Assembly (NCBI RefSeq): GCF_009914755.1
Contig: NC_060926.1
DNA length: 64,000 nt
Strand: one strand, 5' to 3'
Source: the human T2T-CHM13v2.0 reference genome, Homo sapiens
Shown: positions 1-13,250 of the stretch, in pieces
Layout: the number at the start of each line of letters is the position of its first letter
Numbering within the stretch: the first letter of the stretch is position 1
Translations under genes and position numbers: made by a program
The notes under the pieces: model-generated
What the model saw: the letters and a program-made list of their open reading frames with translations, nothing else
What the model was told of the DNA's origin: nothing
Database searches by the model: none

Positions 1-1618
1 GGTCTCCACGTAGGCCACGGTTTTTCTTTGAGCTAGAAAATGATTTCTTCACACTCTAATGCCAAATTATATTTTTGAAAATACATCGTAATATATCAGC
101 TAAAATTCACACAGAAGCAGACTAAGGAAAAGACTAAAACCTCACACCCTAAAACATGAAAATTAGTAACTCAGAAAAGAAAGGGAAGAATCTGATATAA
201 TATTTCTGGGCTGTTAATGCTGAAACTATCATTTTGGAATTAGCGTTCAGACAAGGAGTTGATGTGATAAAATGCTAAGACTTCTCAATAACATCCTTAA
301 ATTGGAGAGTGGTGGACTGAAGAATGCATTAATAGTCCATAGCACATAAAGGAAAACAAAACAAAAACACTGAACTTTTGAATCTGAAAGTCCTACTTAG
401 CCAGGACACGATCTCACCAGAAATAGGTCAGTCAGGGATGGCTTGCTCTTTTCCAAGGTTTTATGTGATCTGACGGAATAGGCAAACTTAAGATTCCACA
501 TAATTGATTTCACCTTGGTACAGGACTTTTAGTAGGATCTCAGAGCACAGAACAGCTCCTGGATTTTCCAGAAGAGACTCAGTGCTCTTAACTAGAAAAA
601 GTATATAGACATTAACACCTAACCTACTATCTGTATCTCTGAAGGGAAGGTAAAATCCTAAATGAGGCAGATAAACATAAAACAGAATTTAAGCAAGGGT
701 ATGGCCTTGAAAGTATCCAAACATGCTAAAGAAAAGGCAGAAAAATACCGCCTGAATTATTGAGGTGTTGAAAGTGTAAAGAAGGAAATGTAATCAGCAT
801 GAAACTAGGTTATATGAAGATCCATATAAATGTATATTAATGTTAGTAATGTGGTTAGTAGATTTCTCAACTTTTAGAATTTACCTAAATGCAATTATTG
901 AACAGTTCATTATCTTACAGAACACAGTATAGATGTTACCAATGTGGTATATTGCCCATATTAGCAAGAAGAAAAATGGGAAGAGATGTGGAGGAAGCAG
1001 AAGGTCTCTAAAACCTCAAAAACAAGAAATACAAAAACAAAACCAAGATGTAAAGTCAAAAGTTGATGGGAAAAGAAATAGAAGCATGAACATATTATTT
1101 AAATTTTCAAATGTAACAAATTGTTAAAAAACTGATATATCTATCAAATTTGAGAGGAAGGAGAGGAGGTAAAGATGTTGTAACTGGATCAAACTTGACA
1201 TACTTTAGTAGGGAATTACTGTATTGTATTTTGTTAATAAATTATGGGAAAGAGGCATAAGAATTCTATTGAGAGCTCTAGCAGGAACTAGGAAAAGAAC
1301 TGAAATAAAAATTGTTTTAAAGTGATGCCTCTGAAATACAGTGCTGATGTGGGGAAAAAATAAAATGCAAGCCAATTGATTTCTATTTTAACCATTTAAT
1401 CAGATTTCATCATTTACACATTTTATCATGATAATTTTGAAAGCCAATATATCCACTTGTTGTCCTGGTATTAATTGTCTGCCAAGGAATTTAATGAAGG
1501 CAAAAAATTTCAGCAAACTTTTCCCTGAGCAATAGGCACAGTAATAATGCTAATACTAATACTAATATTAAAACAGGAACTCCTTAAGTTCCTCTTTGAA
1601 TAACAAACAATCTGATAA

Positions 1619-2021
<403 letters not shown>

Positions 2022-2329
2022 AGCTGTTTCTTTTAATCAAGTTTTACACACCAGGCACTCTGCTACACAGATCACATTAAAGGAATAAGCATGGGAGAAA
2101 ATACTAGTGAATTTCACTATTTTGTGGGCACAGATAACTTTTGTGTTTAAGTAGAGTGTTGGTACTAGAAGGCAGACTGAAAGAATTTATGGAATAAGTG
2201 AAACATAAAAAATTGTTACAATATAGAGTTTGTTTACAAGAATAAGGAAGGAATAAATGTATAATGGAACATGCTTATTCAGCTACTCAGGCATGTCATT
2301 GTACCCTCAATCCTACTCTGCTCTTTATT

Positions 2330-2685
2330 CCTCGAATCTTCCTTTCACACAACCCTTACTCCCAACTTCGTTTGCTTTCATTTACTCATCCTGCATGATT
2401 CATTTTAAATGTCACTTCCATTCAGTTTTCTTGAACTAATGAATATGATCGCATTGCATGTGCATATGTGTACTATATGCTTCCTCTCTTAGAGGAATAA
2501 TCAAACTTGAGATTAATTATTTACTTAATTGTCCGTCTCCTCTAGTTTATTCAAAAATCTTTTAAGGAAGAGCCCATGTCTCCGCTGCTCTCCACTGCAT
2601 TTCCAGTGCACAGAGAATGTCTGACACAGTCAATACTTATTAGAGAATAATTTTTTTTAATAAATAAATGAGTAAATGAATGTAT
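2330..2685 (+). mobile_element. L2 LINE 3' end (ancient)
   Basis: AAATGTCACTTCC, TGTCTGACACAG and terminal AATAAATGAGTAAATGAATG typical of the L2 3' end. Confidence 0.6.
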
Positions 2686-2875
2686 GACTATATTATTGAG
2701 AACTGTGTTTGTTCATCATTGTTTGTTTATCTGTTTGAGGGGAGGGAAGGAAGGCATTGAGGATGGTATTTCAGGGTAATAATTTTTATTTATTATTTTT
2801 TAGTGAAACAGAGTCAGCCAAGGGAGAGACTAGAGATGCAACTAATAACTATTTAGTAGAGTAATGCCTTCAAGA

Positions 2876-3030
2876 AATGCTTCTCAAACCTTAAGTGCAT
2901 ACAAATGGCTTGAATAACCTGTTAAAAACACAGATTGGATTTGGGAGTTCTACATGGTGCATGCGACTCTACATTTTTTAAAAGCTCCCACGTGATACTG
3001 ATGCTATGAACCAAATTCTAGGTAACATTG
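2876..3030. mobile_element. MER5-type hAT-Charlie MITE
   Basis: GCTTCTCAAAC...TGTTAAAAACACAGATT...CATTTTT..AAGCTCCC..GTGATACTGATGC pattern. Confidence 0.6.
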
Positions 3031-3255
3031 TGTTTGAAACAGTAGGGAAAGGTGAGTCTAATTCCAAACAACAATAAGTGTGTTTGCTCTGGCAAGGAAG
3101 AGAATTCCAATTTCCATAGACGGGTATATAGACAGATGAAGACAGAGAAACCTAAAGGCAAAAAAGAAGACAAACAAAAGTACTCTCATTGAAAATCCTC
3201 TCTTCCCCCAATAACTAGATGGCATATTACTTAAGTATTAAAAGTTTGAGAGTGG

Positions 3256-3606
<351 letters not shown>

Positions 3607-3617
3607 TCATAGGAGAG

Positions 3618-3778
3618 CAGTTCTTAACTTTTACCACTGAAATTACCAGGGGAGTTTTTAAAAGTTCAGTGCTCAGACACACCAGGCCAATTAACCAGAA
3701 TTCCTTCAGGTCTTTCAGCATCAATATATTTTAGAGCTTCTTAGGTGAATCCACTGGACATCCAAGGATGAGAACTGT
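3618..3778. mobile_element. MER5-type hAT-Charlie MITE
   Basis: CAGTTCTTAAC...GATGAGAACTG terminal inverted ends and MER5-like interior. Confidence 0.6.
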
Positions 3779-3939
3779 ACCCATATCAGTTTGACAGCAG
3801 CTAACAATTTGAAGCCAGTGGGAGCTGTAGTTCTCCTTTCCTAGAACCTCACTACTGGGAGGTATGCTACCATCACAGTAAGACTCAGGCTGAATTATTG
3901 CATGTTTAGAAGGTTCAAAAATAGTTAAAGTCATGTTAA

Positions 3940-4650
3940 TGTAAACTAGATGAAGTCTTAGCTGTTTAGCCTTTTAGGCAGTCCAACTGTTCTTGGTAGG
4001 CCAACTCAAGTTCTTGACTTTACCACACAGAAGAATTTGAGAGCAAGCCCAAAGTAAGAGTAGGCAAGGTTTATTGCAAAGTGAAAGTACACTCTGAGAG
4101 GCAGAGTGGGCTGCTCAGAGGGAGAGACAGCAGCTAGTTCCTTAAAAGGAATTCCTTTTATGGCCATTGTTTTATGGGAGTTGTTTATACATATTCATTC
4201 ATAAAATACTAGTGAAGTCAATTTATGCAAAGGTGGACCTGTGGTTGGTGGAGGGGCTTAGCATCTGCATATCCCAACACACATCTCGTGCATCATTAGC
4301 TTATAAAATCTCACCTAGGGGTGTGTTTTCTACTATCAAAATGAGGAAAAGTTCACTGTAAGCTAAACCTTGAGCCTAGCTGCACGTGTGGATAAAGTCC
4401 TAGCTTCAGGCAGGAACCTGTGGTTTCTTGGGCTTTGGGTGTTGATTGGCTGGAGAATGGGGAAGCTACATCAGGAATAAGAGGCTTTTGTTCTCTTTCC
4501 GTGGCTGTACTAGGTATCAGGAACTTGTAACCATCTGGCGGTCCCGTAGGATTGCTTATCTTGCAGAAAAGTCGCTGAAGCAGGTGGATACAAGAGAAAG
4601 GAGCCTGCTGTGAAAGGGGCTTCACAAGGGGACAAGTTAGGATGATCTAA
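3940..4650 (-). mobile_element. ERV1-class solo LTR (MER4 group, subfamily uncertain)
   Basis: Reverse U5/R-like GTTCTTGAC...GAAGAATTTGAG...TTTATTGCAAAG (minus-strand AATAAA) and LTR-like composition. Confidence 0.6.
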
Positions 4651-6191
4651 CTTTATAGTTGGATCAAGAGACAAAATCTTCTAGCAAGTGAAAGGGACAA
4701 GTCTTAATGGGTCACTGGAACTAGTGTGCTTGCTGAGCTCCTCAGATTTTTAGATCTCATTAATGATAACTGTACTTTTTGTTTTTAACCAATCATGTAT
4801 CTTGTACAACTCTCATTTAGATAATGAAAATTTATTTTTACCATTCCTTATGTTAATTAACAAATTCTCTAGTGTAGATTAAGATAACACTAATTGAATG
4901 GCTTGCTATACTTGTGGCTGAAGTGTGGGCCTTTGATTAAAGTCTTTCAAATGCTAATTAAACACCCTTGAATTGTAAACAACTCATTCTGTTACTTAAA
5001 ATTTAAACACTTCCTAAAGTGTTGATTGAAGTCAATCGCAGCAAATATCATTGTTGAGTGCTCAATGATTGAGGGCCAGAGTTGCATGACTTAGGACAGT
5101 ATCTTACAAAGCAGAATCAGATTGAATCCCACACAATTCCAAATGATCTACCTGATAGACAATTCTAGTAAGCGATTATCTTATTTATACATATCTGAAC
5201 CCAGGCTTCATCCCTGCCTTATATAAAAATATAAAGTGTTTCTGCATTGTGTTTGGGAACTGTTAATTTTTCAATATTGCAAGTGACATGTGAGTCAAGG
5301 GACAATACTTTGTATTGTTCAAGTATTTATCAAGAATTGCGTGTAATTTCAGAAAACAATGTCACCAATAGCAATGTTATTTGTACTAATTGAATCATTA
5401 ATACAGCATCCCTGTATCAGTCTGCATTTGAGACTGTTGCCATCATGGTAATATTAAACATCGGTGAAACATTTAGCTATTTCATTATGCTTTCTAGCAC
5501 AAGTGGTACATGACCTTTTTTCAAAAACAATGCAATTAGCTGTATTATAACTTTTCTTTTATCTCTTTTTTATGTCACAGCTATGTTTCATGCTATATTG
5601 CAGTAATTCAATTTAAAAAATTATTTGTATAAGTAGGTCATTTATGAATTCTATTTCATAATAGTAAAGGGAGAGTTAAAAATATTGTGCTGTTGGTCCA
5701 TACTGAGCTATTTTAAGGTAAATATAGATAATATAAAAGTTTTAAACAAAGCCACTGAATAGAGGTGTGCACACTGTGAAAACTCAATAAAAAAAAATAG
5801 CATCCTTTCAAAGTGGAACTAATTACATTGTTTTGTGATGTTTTTCATCAATGCTCATTACTTGCTCCATAAGCATATGACAGAAAAATAAAAGATGAGA
5901 ATCATTTTGAATAAGTTCCCAAACTCATCTAACTAAAGTTTAAGAAGTATGTTAGAAATAATAGATGTGTAGGTAAGTATGGAGAGAATGAATTTAAAAA
6001 TTTGTCCTCTGAGAAAGCAACACCAAAGTTAAACAGGCAAGAAAGATTTCATTGAATGCTATTGCAATAAAATAGAGAGAGACCAGAATACAGTACAGAA
6101 GACTTCTCCCCACCTTATCCACAGAGGATAGGTTCCAAGACCCACAGTGGATGCTGAAACCTCAGACAGGATCAAGCCCTTTAGGTAAATA

Positions 6192-6859
6192 CAGTCATGT
6201 ATTGCTTAATGAGGAGGATATACTCTGAGAAATGTGTCAATAGGCAATTTTGTTGTAGGAACATCATAGAGAGTACTTACACAAACCTAGATGGAATAGC
6301 CAACTACCATTCAGGCTATATGGTATAGTCTATTGCTTCTAGGCTACAAATCTATATAACATGTTAATACTGTAGGCAACTATAACACAATGGTATCTGT
6401 GTACCTAAACATAGTAAAGGTAATGTGTTGCACTACAACATTAGGCAATAGAAATTTTTCAGCTCCATAATAATTTTTTTTTTAAGAGACAGGTCTTACT
6501 CTGTCACTCAGGCTAAAGTGCAGTGGGGTGATCATAGCTCACTGTGACCTGGAACTCCTAGGCTCAAACTATCCTCCCACCTTACCATCCCAAATAGCTG
6601 GGGCCACAGGCATGCGCTACCATGCCCAGCTAATTTTTAATTTTTTTTTTTTTTTGGTAGAAACAGGGTCTCACTATGTTTCCCAGGCTGGTCTTAAACT
6701 GCTGGCCTCAAGCGACCTTCCCACCTTGGTCTCCAAAGTGTTGGGATTACAGGTGTGAGCTACCTCACCAGGCCCCCATTATAATCTTATGGGACCACCA
6801 TTGTGCATGTGCATTGTGCATTTTCATTAACTAAAACTTCATTATGTGGTACATGACTA
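6192..6859. mobile_element. Tigger3a (MER7/Golem) DNA transposon interrupted by AluJ
   Basis: TIRs CAGTCATG...CATGACT; TACTTACACAAACCTAGATGG and GGCTATATGGTATAG motifs. Confidence 0.85.
6475..6774 (-). mobile_element. AluJ SINE
   Basis: Reverse Alu with J-type GACAGGTCT/GGCTCAA features; TSD CCATAATAAT / CCATTATAAT. Confidence 0.92.
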
Positions 6860-7167
6860 CTGTTTTCCCCTATACATACATACCAATGATAAAGTTTAAT
6901 TTATAAATTGGGCACTGTAAGAGATCAACATCAATAACTAATAATTATACAACAATTATAACAATATGCCAGCATCACTACTCTTGTGCTTTGGGGCCAT
7001 TATTAAGTAAAATAGGGTTATTTCAACACAAGCACTGGGGTACCTTGACAGTTGATCAGATAACTGAGATGGTTTCTAGGGGACTAATGGGTGAGTAGCA
7101 CATACAAGGTGCATATACTGGACAAAGGAGTGATTCACATGGTGGGTGGGATGAAGCTGGGTGACAC

Positions 7168-7936
7168 TGTTACAGGTGGGTCTTTGTTCTTAGAGCTCCC
7201 AAGATGGTGGTGGGCTGCTCCCAAGATGGCCGTGGCTGCTCCCAAGATGGCAGCAAGCCTTTTCTTCTCTAACCTTGGGTTCTTGGCCTCATAGATTCCA
7301 AGGAATGGAACCTTGGGCCATGTGGTGGGTGTTATAGTTCTGTTAGAAGCTGTGGGTCAGGGAAGAGAACCCAGGAACCCAGCGACTAGTGTTCAGCTTG
7401 ATTAGGATGAACTCAGGCACTTAGCCATGCAGGAACAATGGCGAGCCTCTAGCCCAAACCGGAGCGGCAATGGGCACCTCGCTGCATCAGAAATGCAGCA
7501 GACCCCCTGCCAGATCCGGAGGCATGGAAGTTAATGGTGGTCTGGGACGACGGCAATCAGCAGTGGTGGACAGCAAGCGAAAGCTCAGCTTGAGACGGAA
7601 CAAACACGGACCAGAAGAGTGTGCAGTTGCAAGATTTAATAGAGTGAAAACAGAGCTCCCATACAATGGGAGGGGACCCAAAGGGGGTTGCCCCCTCTGG
7701 GCTGGAATGCCTGGGGTTTATATCCCAATCATGGTTCCTCCCCCTGTGCTCTCAGATGATAGATGATTTGACTATTTCTTTAGCTCCTGTTTTTAACTTA
7801 ATTGGTGTTTTAGTGAGCCCTCTTTATTACCTGCCACAAGCCCTGTGTTGTGTTTAAAGGTGGGTGTGGTCACCTTCCCCAGCTAGGCTTAGGAATTCTT
7901 AGTCGGCCTGGGAAACCCAGCTAGTCTTGTCTCTCA
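7168..7936 (-). mobile_element. LTR17 (HERV-W) solo LTR
   Basis: Minus strand begins TGAGAGACAAGACTAGCTGGGTTTCCCAGGCCGACTAAGAATTCCTAAGCCTAGCTGGGG, has GGGATATAAACC and ATTAAA, ends TAACA; 4-bp TSD ACAC at 7164-7167 and 7937-7940. Confidence 0.93.
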
Positions 7937-10900
7937 ACACAAGTTTTATCATACTACCCAGAACACTATGTAATTTAAAACTTACAAATTCTTTATTTCT
8001 GGAATTTTCATTTAATATTTTGAACTGCAGTTGACTGTGCGTGGGTAACTGAAACTATGGAAAGTCAAACTAGGGATAAAGGGTACCTATCGTATGAACT
8101 CAACTGCATTGAAACAGAGGCCAGGAGAGTTTTTGAAAAGCCAGGGATGAAGATCATAGGCAATTTGTGTTGCCAACTGATCTTACCCAAAAGAAAAGTA
8201 AACTTTCTCATATTTTCGTAAAAAGAAGTAATTTTATAACTTTGAGCAAAGCAGTCACCCACCCAAGTTGGGCCACTACCCTCCCATAGAAAGTAGGAGA
8301 TGGGGTGCTATCTCTCTTAATGTTTATATTTTAAAGACATGGCAAACAGATCCTTCAGAAATTCGTGAGTTGTAAAACTGATGAGAGGCTTTTAAAAGGA
8401 TTTACTTCTCAAAAGGGCAGAGAAATAATTTACAATTACAGATTTTCTAAATAAAATGCTCTAAGGAAAGGGAGGTAGGACCTAGAGTCAGAAGGAAGGC
8501 TGCCTAAAGTTTAGTCAGGCAGAGGGAAACTACAAGGTTACCTGTAAATTAACCACCCTGGAAACCATAAACTTATTCCAATCATCTGCAATATCTTATT
8601 CTCAGCCCAAAGGTATTGAGAATTCTTTTCTGGATGAGGACAAAACTGTGTTTTGAATCATTGATCCATTTTTTGTTCTTAATCTTGTATTTATTAAAAT
8701 TTAGAAAAAATAAAATAAAATAAAACTTAGAAGGTAAGACAAAGAGTTTCCCATATAAGTTTTGTCGACTGTGAAGAAAATACAATGACTAATGAAAATG
8801 CACGCATGGATAAGTTTGGATATGTCTGTTAAAAATTGTTATTGTACTATATGTATATGTTAACATACAAGATAAATGTCACATTTTATTGATATGTAAG
8901 TATTGTCCTAAATGCTACAATTTTATAATAATTTGCCATTATCATAAACAATATAAATAATCATTTAAATGACTGAGCAATAAAATTAATTTTCCATTAT
9001 AAAATTTATATTCAACTGGCAGCATGAACATTTTATATACTCCCTTGAGCTAATATATTTCTGCTAGGCTTTCATTTAAAGTAGATTTTCATTTATACAA
9101 TACTCTGTTGCTAAAGCACTGAGGGCTTACTTCAGAAATATGCATTTCGTTTTTTAAGTACATAAAAGTATATTAAAAAGCTCCCATTATTATCTCTACT
9201 TGAGAATATCTGTTTATACAAGACTTGAAGTTGAACAAAATGATTTTTTATGAAACCATTAAGCAAAGATTCATTTATCCCTAAGGATAGAAATAATTGT
9301 ATCTGTGTAGATCTGGCTTTATAATAGATTTAATATTTCTAAATTTGCAAATAAGTTCTATTAGAGTTTTCCCCAAGCATGTCGCCAGACACTAATAATA
9401 AATATTTGAAAAAGATACTGCTATTTTTTTCTCTGTGTCTTTCTTATTACTTATGTGCATCATCTACCCTTCATATTTTCCCATAAGTGATTGGTTTAAA
9501 CACCATTCTTATACTATAGCATTTGTGACACAGAGTGCATTTTATGAATAAAGGAACAAAAATGTGTGTTTTCCCTTTCAAATTTTTTTGCTAATCTTTC
9601 TTATTTAGTCTTTTGAGTCAACATCATTCTATAGGTTGCAATAATCTTTAACGAATCACAATGTATAAATTTAAAAATTGTAATGCATATAAATAAGTTG
9701 ATATTATTTATGTCATATAAGAATCTGTTAAGTTATGAAAAGCAAGATCACCTTGTGCATTTGATCATTCTTAAAAATTCAATTTATTCATTCTGAAACT
9801 TTCAGAAATAATAAAACAAAAAAAATTGTTTGAAGTGAAGCAAATCACCTGTTCTTGAAGTGGAGGTCTGAGCAAACATGAGAGAATAAGAGTGACCTCA
9901 GCAACTCTGAGGCAACCTGTGGAGTGGCAAAAGCAATAGATTTAGAGGCAGGAAGACATGGATAGAAATTTCAGCTATATCATTTTTTGGCACATATTGG
10001 AAACAAAGAATAACCTATTCTCTTTCTTGCCTATATTAAAATATCTAAATATGATTATTAAATTGCTCTTTGTATTTCTCTTAGTATTAATTATATCAGA
10101 AATTTTCACTGTGTAACCTTATTTATTCTTTTGCAGTCATTTTATTATGTACATCTGTCAAATTTTCATTTCTTAATGTTCCCTTTCAACTTTGTAGTTC
10201 ACATCAGAAAGAGAGCAATGTGCAAAAAACTTTTAAATCAGAAATGAATGATCTCACAGATCACCTTTAAAAATATGGTATAGTAGCAACTACATGGTTC
10301 TGATGTTTCCCTTGATCCAAATCTATTTTCTCCATTAAATGTCCAAAGATTCTAACTATGTAATAGCAGACAGCTTTTTGTGGCTTTACTTCTATTTCTT
10401 TTTATTTTCCAAATTTTCTATATGTAATTATATCAAGTCAGTAGCTTCACTGTGTTTAATCAGATGACACCAACCTGGGCATAATAATAGAATCATGATA
10501 ACATTTTTAAACAAACAAAGATGATTTCTCTTGCTTTGATTCTCTCATTTCTGCAGGAATGCCAGCTCCCCCAAATTCCACCCTCATAGTATTTTTTTTT
10601 TAATCTTTAGGACAGTGTCTCCTACCTACTCACCAAGTATTTATCAGAGTTATCACCTTCTGTGTCTGTGGTTTTTCACATTCCTGCTCTATTTCTATGT
10701 GGTACCTACTGCCAAATCATCAAGACCTGCACCAAAGGCAGCACCACTCATGCTAAAAGTGCCAAGATCCAGTGCCTGTTTTCTATTCTAAAAGTAAACT
10801 GGTCTGAATAGACACTATGTGCTGCACCTGTACTACAAAAATTGCTCTCATTTATAAAAGCCACAAGTAGTGCTTTCATTGTTTCATGTAAAATTTAAAG

Positions 10901-12260
10901 TAACTGCCACTGAAGCTTTTCTTTTGCTTTCATTGCAGCTTTCTCTTTCTGGAATTTAAACATAAGTTCAGAGATGTGGGGCACAGGATAATCTAATGAG
11001 AGCCAACAGCTTTACAGAAGAAGCAATATGTCTTTTTCCAATACAGATGCCGTGTTTTTAAATCAATTGTACTTCTTTACTCTTTTATTTTAGGTTACTT
11101 TTCCCCTAAGGAATGTATTTATCCTTGAGTATACGGATATCCAAGGAGATTAATTTTTCCTATGTGATTTCGCCTCTCACAGCCCCTTCCATAAGAGGTT
11201 AGACAAAGAGACAGGTCCAAGTTCTATTCGGAGCTGCTTTAGGACATGTAAAGCACCCTTCAATAAAAGGACAAAGTAAACCCCATATAGCAGTTTATTG
11301 TCGGTTGGTTGGTTTTGTTTTTCCCCCAGGTAGATATAGCAGCAGTCAGCAGGGAAAGAAAATTATATCTACTTTTTGATTCCTAGGGATTCTCCATCTG
11401 TGATGGACTAGAGGCAAGATCAGATCACCTCTGGTGCACTACAAATAGAAAGGATTAAAGAGCTCCACTCTCAAGGAAGTAAGGGACATCTCTCCTGAGG
11501 TGATAGTAAATTAAACCTAGTAAATTAAACAAATTAACATCAAAATTGCAAAGACAAACCGAGTTTATACCGGTGTATTTTATTTCATATTCTAATTATT
11601 ACTGTAGCTATGATAAATTCTATACTTATGTAATTACCATTTTCATGATTTTCATATTTAAAGATATGAACATGAAGTCTAAAATTACCCCAAAATAATG
11701 AAAAATCAATTGGATTAGTGGGTTACTAAAGTTATTTTAATAATATGCAAAAACCTTTGCTTCATGGGTAAAGACACCGTGGATCCAATCAAACTACTTA
11801 TCTAGAATTAATATGTAACTTTATTGTCTAGTAGATGAGGGCTATAATGTGGCCATACATTATCAAAACTACCCTACCAATGCTAAAGGAATAAATTAAC
11901 CTAATGGATGATTTTGTGGAAGGATGACTTACTTTGGGGTGAGTATATTCTACTTTCGCTCTCTCATTTCACCTTTTTAAAGCAATTATTCCTGAAAGGA
12001 AATAAAATATAACTTTTAATTTGTATACATACTTACATATACCTAAAATATCCCACTAGAAACCATCTCTGATGGTTTTACCTTTCCTGTCTTTGATCAA
12101 TATCCTGGAGAGAACCTACAGCAGCTATCTAGTCACCTGTGGGTATTGCAACTGTACTTTGTCAGGTATTAAAAACTCTAGTCCAGTTTACTATTAGTTA
12201 ACATCATATCTGGCTTTTTCTCTTGCAGTACACTTTCTTAGGATCTCTGAAGCATCTCCT

Positions 12261-12673
12261 TGTGTCAATTAGTTATTGTTGTATTATAGGACAGCCTAAA
12301 ACTCGATTGTTTAAAACAACAACCAATTATGATCTCTTAGAAGTCTGTGGTTTGACTGGTATAGTTGACTAATCTAGATTGTTTTACCTAGGAGTGGCTC
12401 AGCTCCACCTCTCTTTCATCCTCATCCTGTCTCTGGGATGAGTGGGCTTTCTGAGTCACATTCTTCTCTTGATAACGGCAAAGGCATAAGGGAGGACGGG
12501 TTAAAGTGAGTGTACAAGCATATTTAAAATCTATGTTGTAGCACATCTACTGTCATTTCAAAGGTCAAAGCAAATCACAAGGGTAAGCTCAACATCAATG
12601 GAGAACATATGCCTTCCTTGAACTTGAGGACAAGAGAGAGTGAATATTTCTGGATAATAATTTAATCTACCAC
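12261..12673 (-). mobile_element. MLT1H-like MaLR LTR
   Basis: TTTAAAACAACAACC...AAAGCAAATCACAAGG...AATCTACCACA (minus-strand TGTGGTAGATT start). Confidence 0.65.
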
Positions 12674-12699
12674 ACTCTCTTTAATTCCTATATCCTGTC

Positions 12700-13250
12700 C
12701 TAACATCCCCAACCACCACCCCTCCATAACTCTATTCCCTGAATTAGTGATGAAAACTCTGGATCGTACTACTTTTTCCTCCGTTTTTTTGTGAAGAAGT
12801 GTCATGCTCTCAAGGCAGTCCTTTCAGAATGATTCAAACCTGTTACCTTCTATAGGGTCCTCATGACCCACAGGGAAACTCAGCATCTTTGGGCCACCAA
12901 ATTTTAAGGGTCGTGGTCATTTCTACAATAACCCTGTTTCTTTGCCTCACGCTAAAAGGCACTTCTAGGGAGTATTGTGTCATTAGGATTTCCAGGTAAC
13001 ATGTGGTCATCAATTTCTGTGTCTTTTCCAAACCCCAGGGCACATGGATCAAGATTCATTAACATAGTGTCACCATGTTGGCACCAGGGAACCCCGGGCT
13101 CTTTTATGTAGCTTGATCACTGAGGTAGAGAAGAAAAAGCCCAAGTATCACAACTTATCCTAAAGGTTTAAATATCCTTAGTTTCTACTGTCCCGATGGT
13201 CACCAAGCAGCAACGTACCCTCTTCAGAGCTCCATTGCCCTTATGTGCTG
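12700..13250 (-). mobile_element. Possible MaLR/ERVL internal sequence next to the MLT1H-like LTR
   Basis: Higher GC, adjacent to the LTR, weak resemblance to MLT-int. Confidence 0.3.

Larger units (their letters stand above)
6096..8092. mobile_element. Tigger2a (MER28) DNA transposon interrupted by Tigger3a and LTR17
   Basis: CCTTATCCACAGAGGATAGGTTCCAAGACCC start, ATGCCAGCATCACTACTCTTG interior, GGGTAACTGAAAC...GGATAA end; TA at 6094-6095 and 8093-8094. Confidence 0.85.
6003..8542 (-). mobile_element. MER31/MER67-like ERV1 LTR, split into ~6003-6095 and ~8093-8542 by nested insertions
   Basis: The pieces rejoin as GAGACCAGAATACAG-TA-TGAACTCAACT; right piece matches the reverse of CTGACTAAACTTTAG...CTGACTCTAGG...TTAGAGCATTT. 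Confidence 0.7.

Noticed and set aside
1-90. Possible minus-strand exon start at the window edge (TTTTCTAG|CTCAAAG... or CATTAG|AGTGTG...)
   Set aside because: Too little sequence, weak pyrimidine tract, no recognisable peptide.
500-1420. A-rich segment with ORF 933..1127, possibly very old L1/HAL1
   Set aside because: Lys-rich ORF reflects composition; family could not be assigned with confidence.
1575-1594. Small hairpin AGGAACT-CCTTA-AGTTCCT
   Set aside because: 7-bp arms are expected by chance in 64 kb.
5200-5710. Possible ancient hAT DNA-transposon remnant
   Set aside because: Resemblance too weak to name a family or ends.
7194-7250. Triple GCTCCCAAGATGG repeat
   Set aside because: Lies in LTR17 U5, where this repeat is a family feature; not an independent array.
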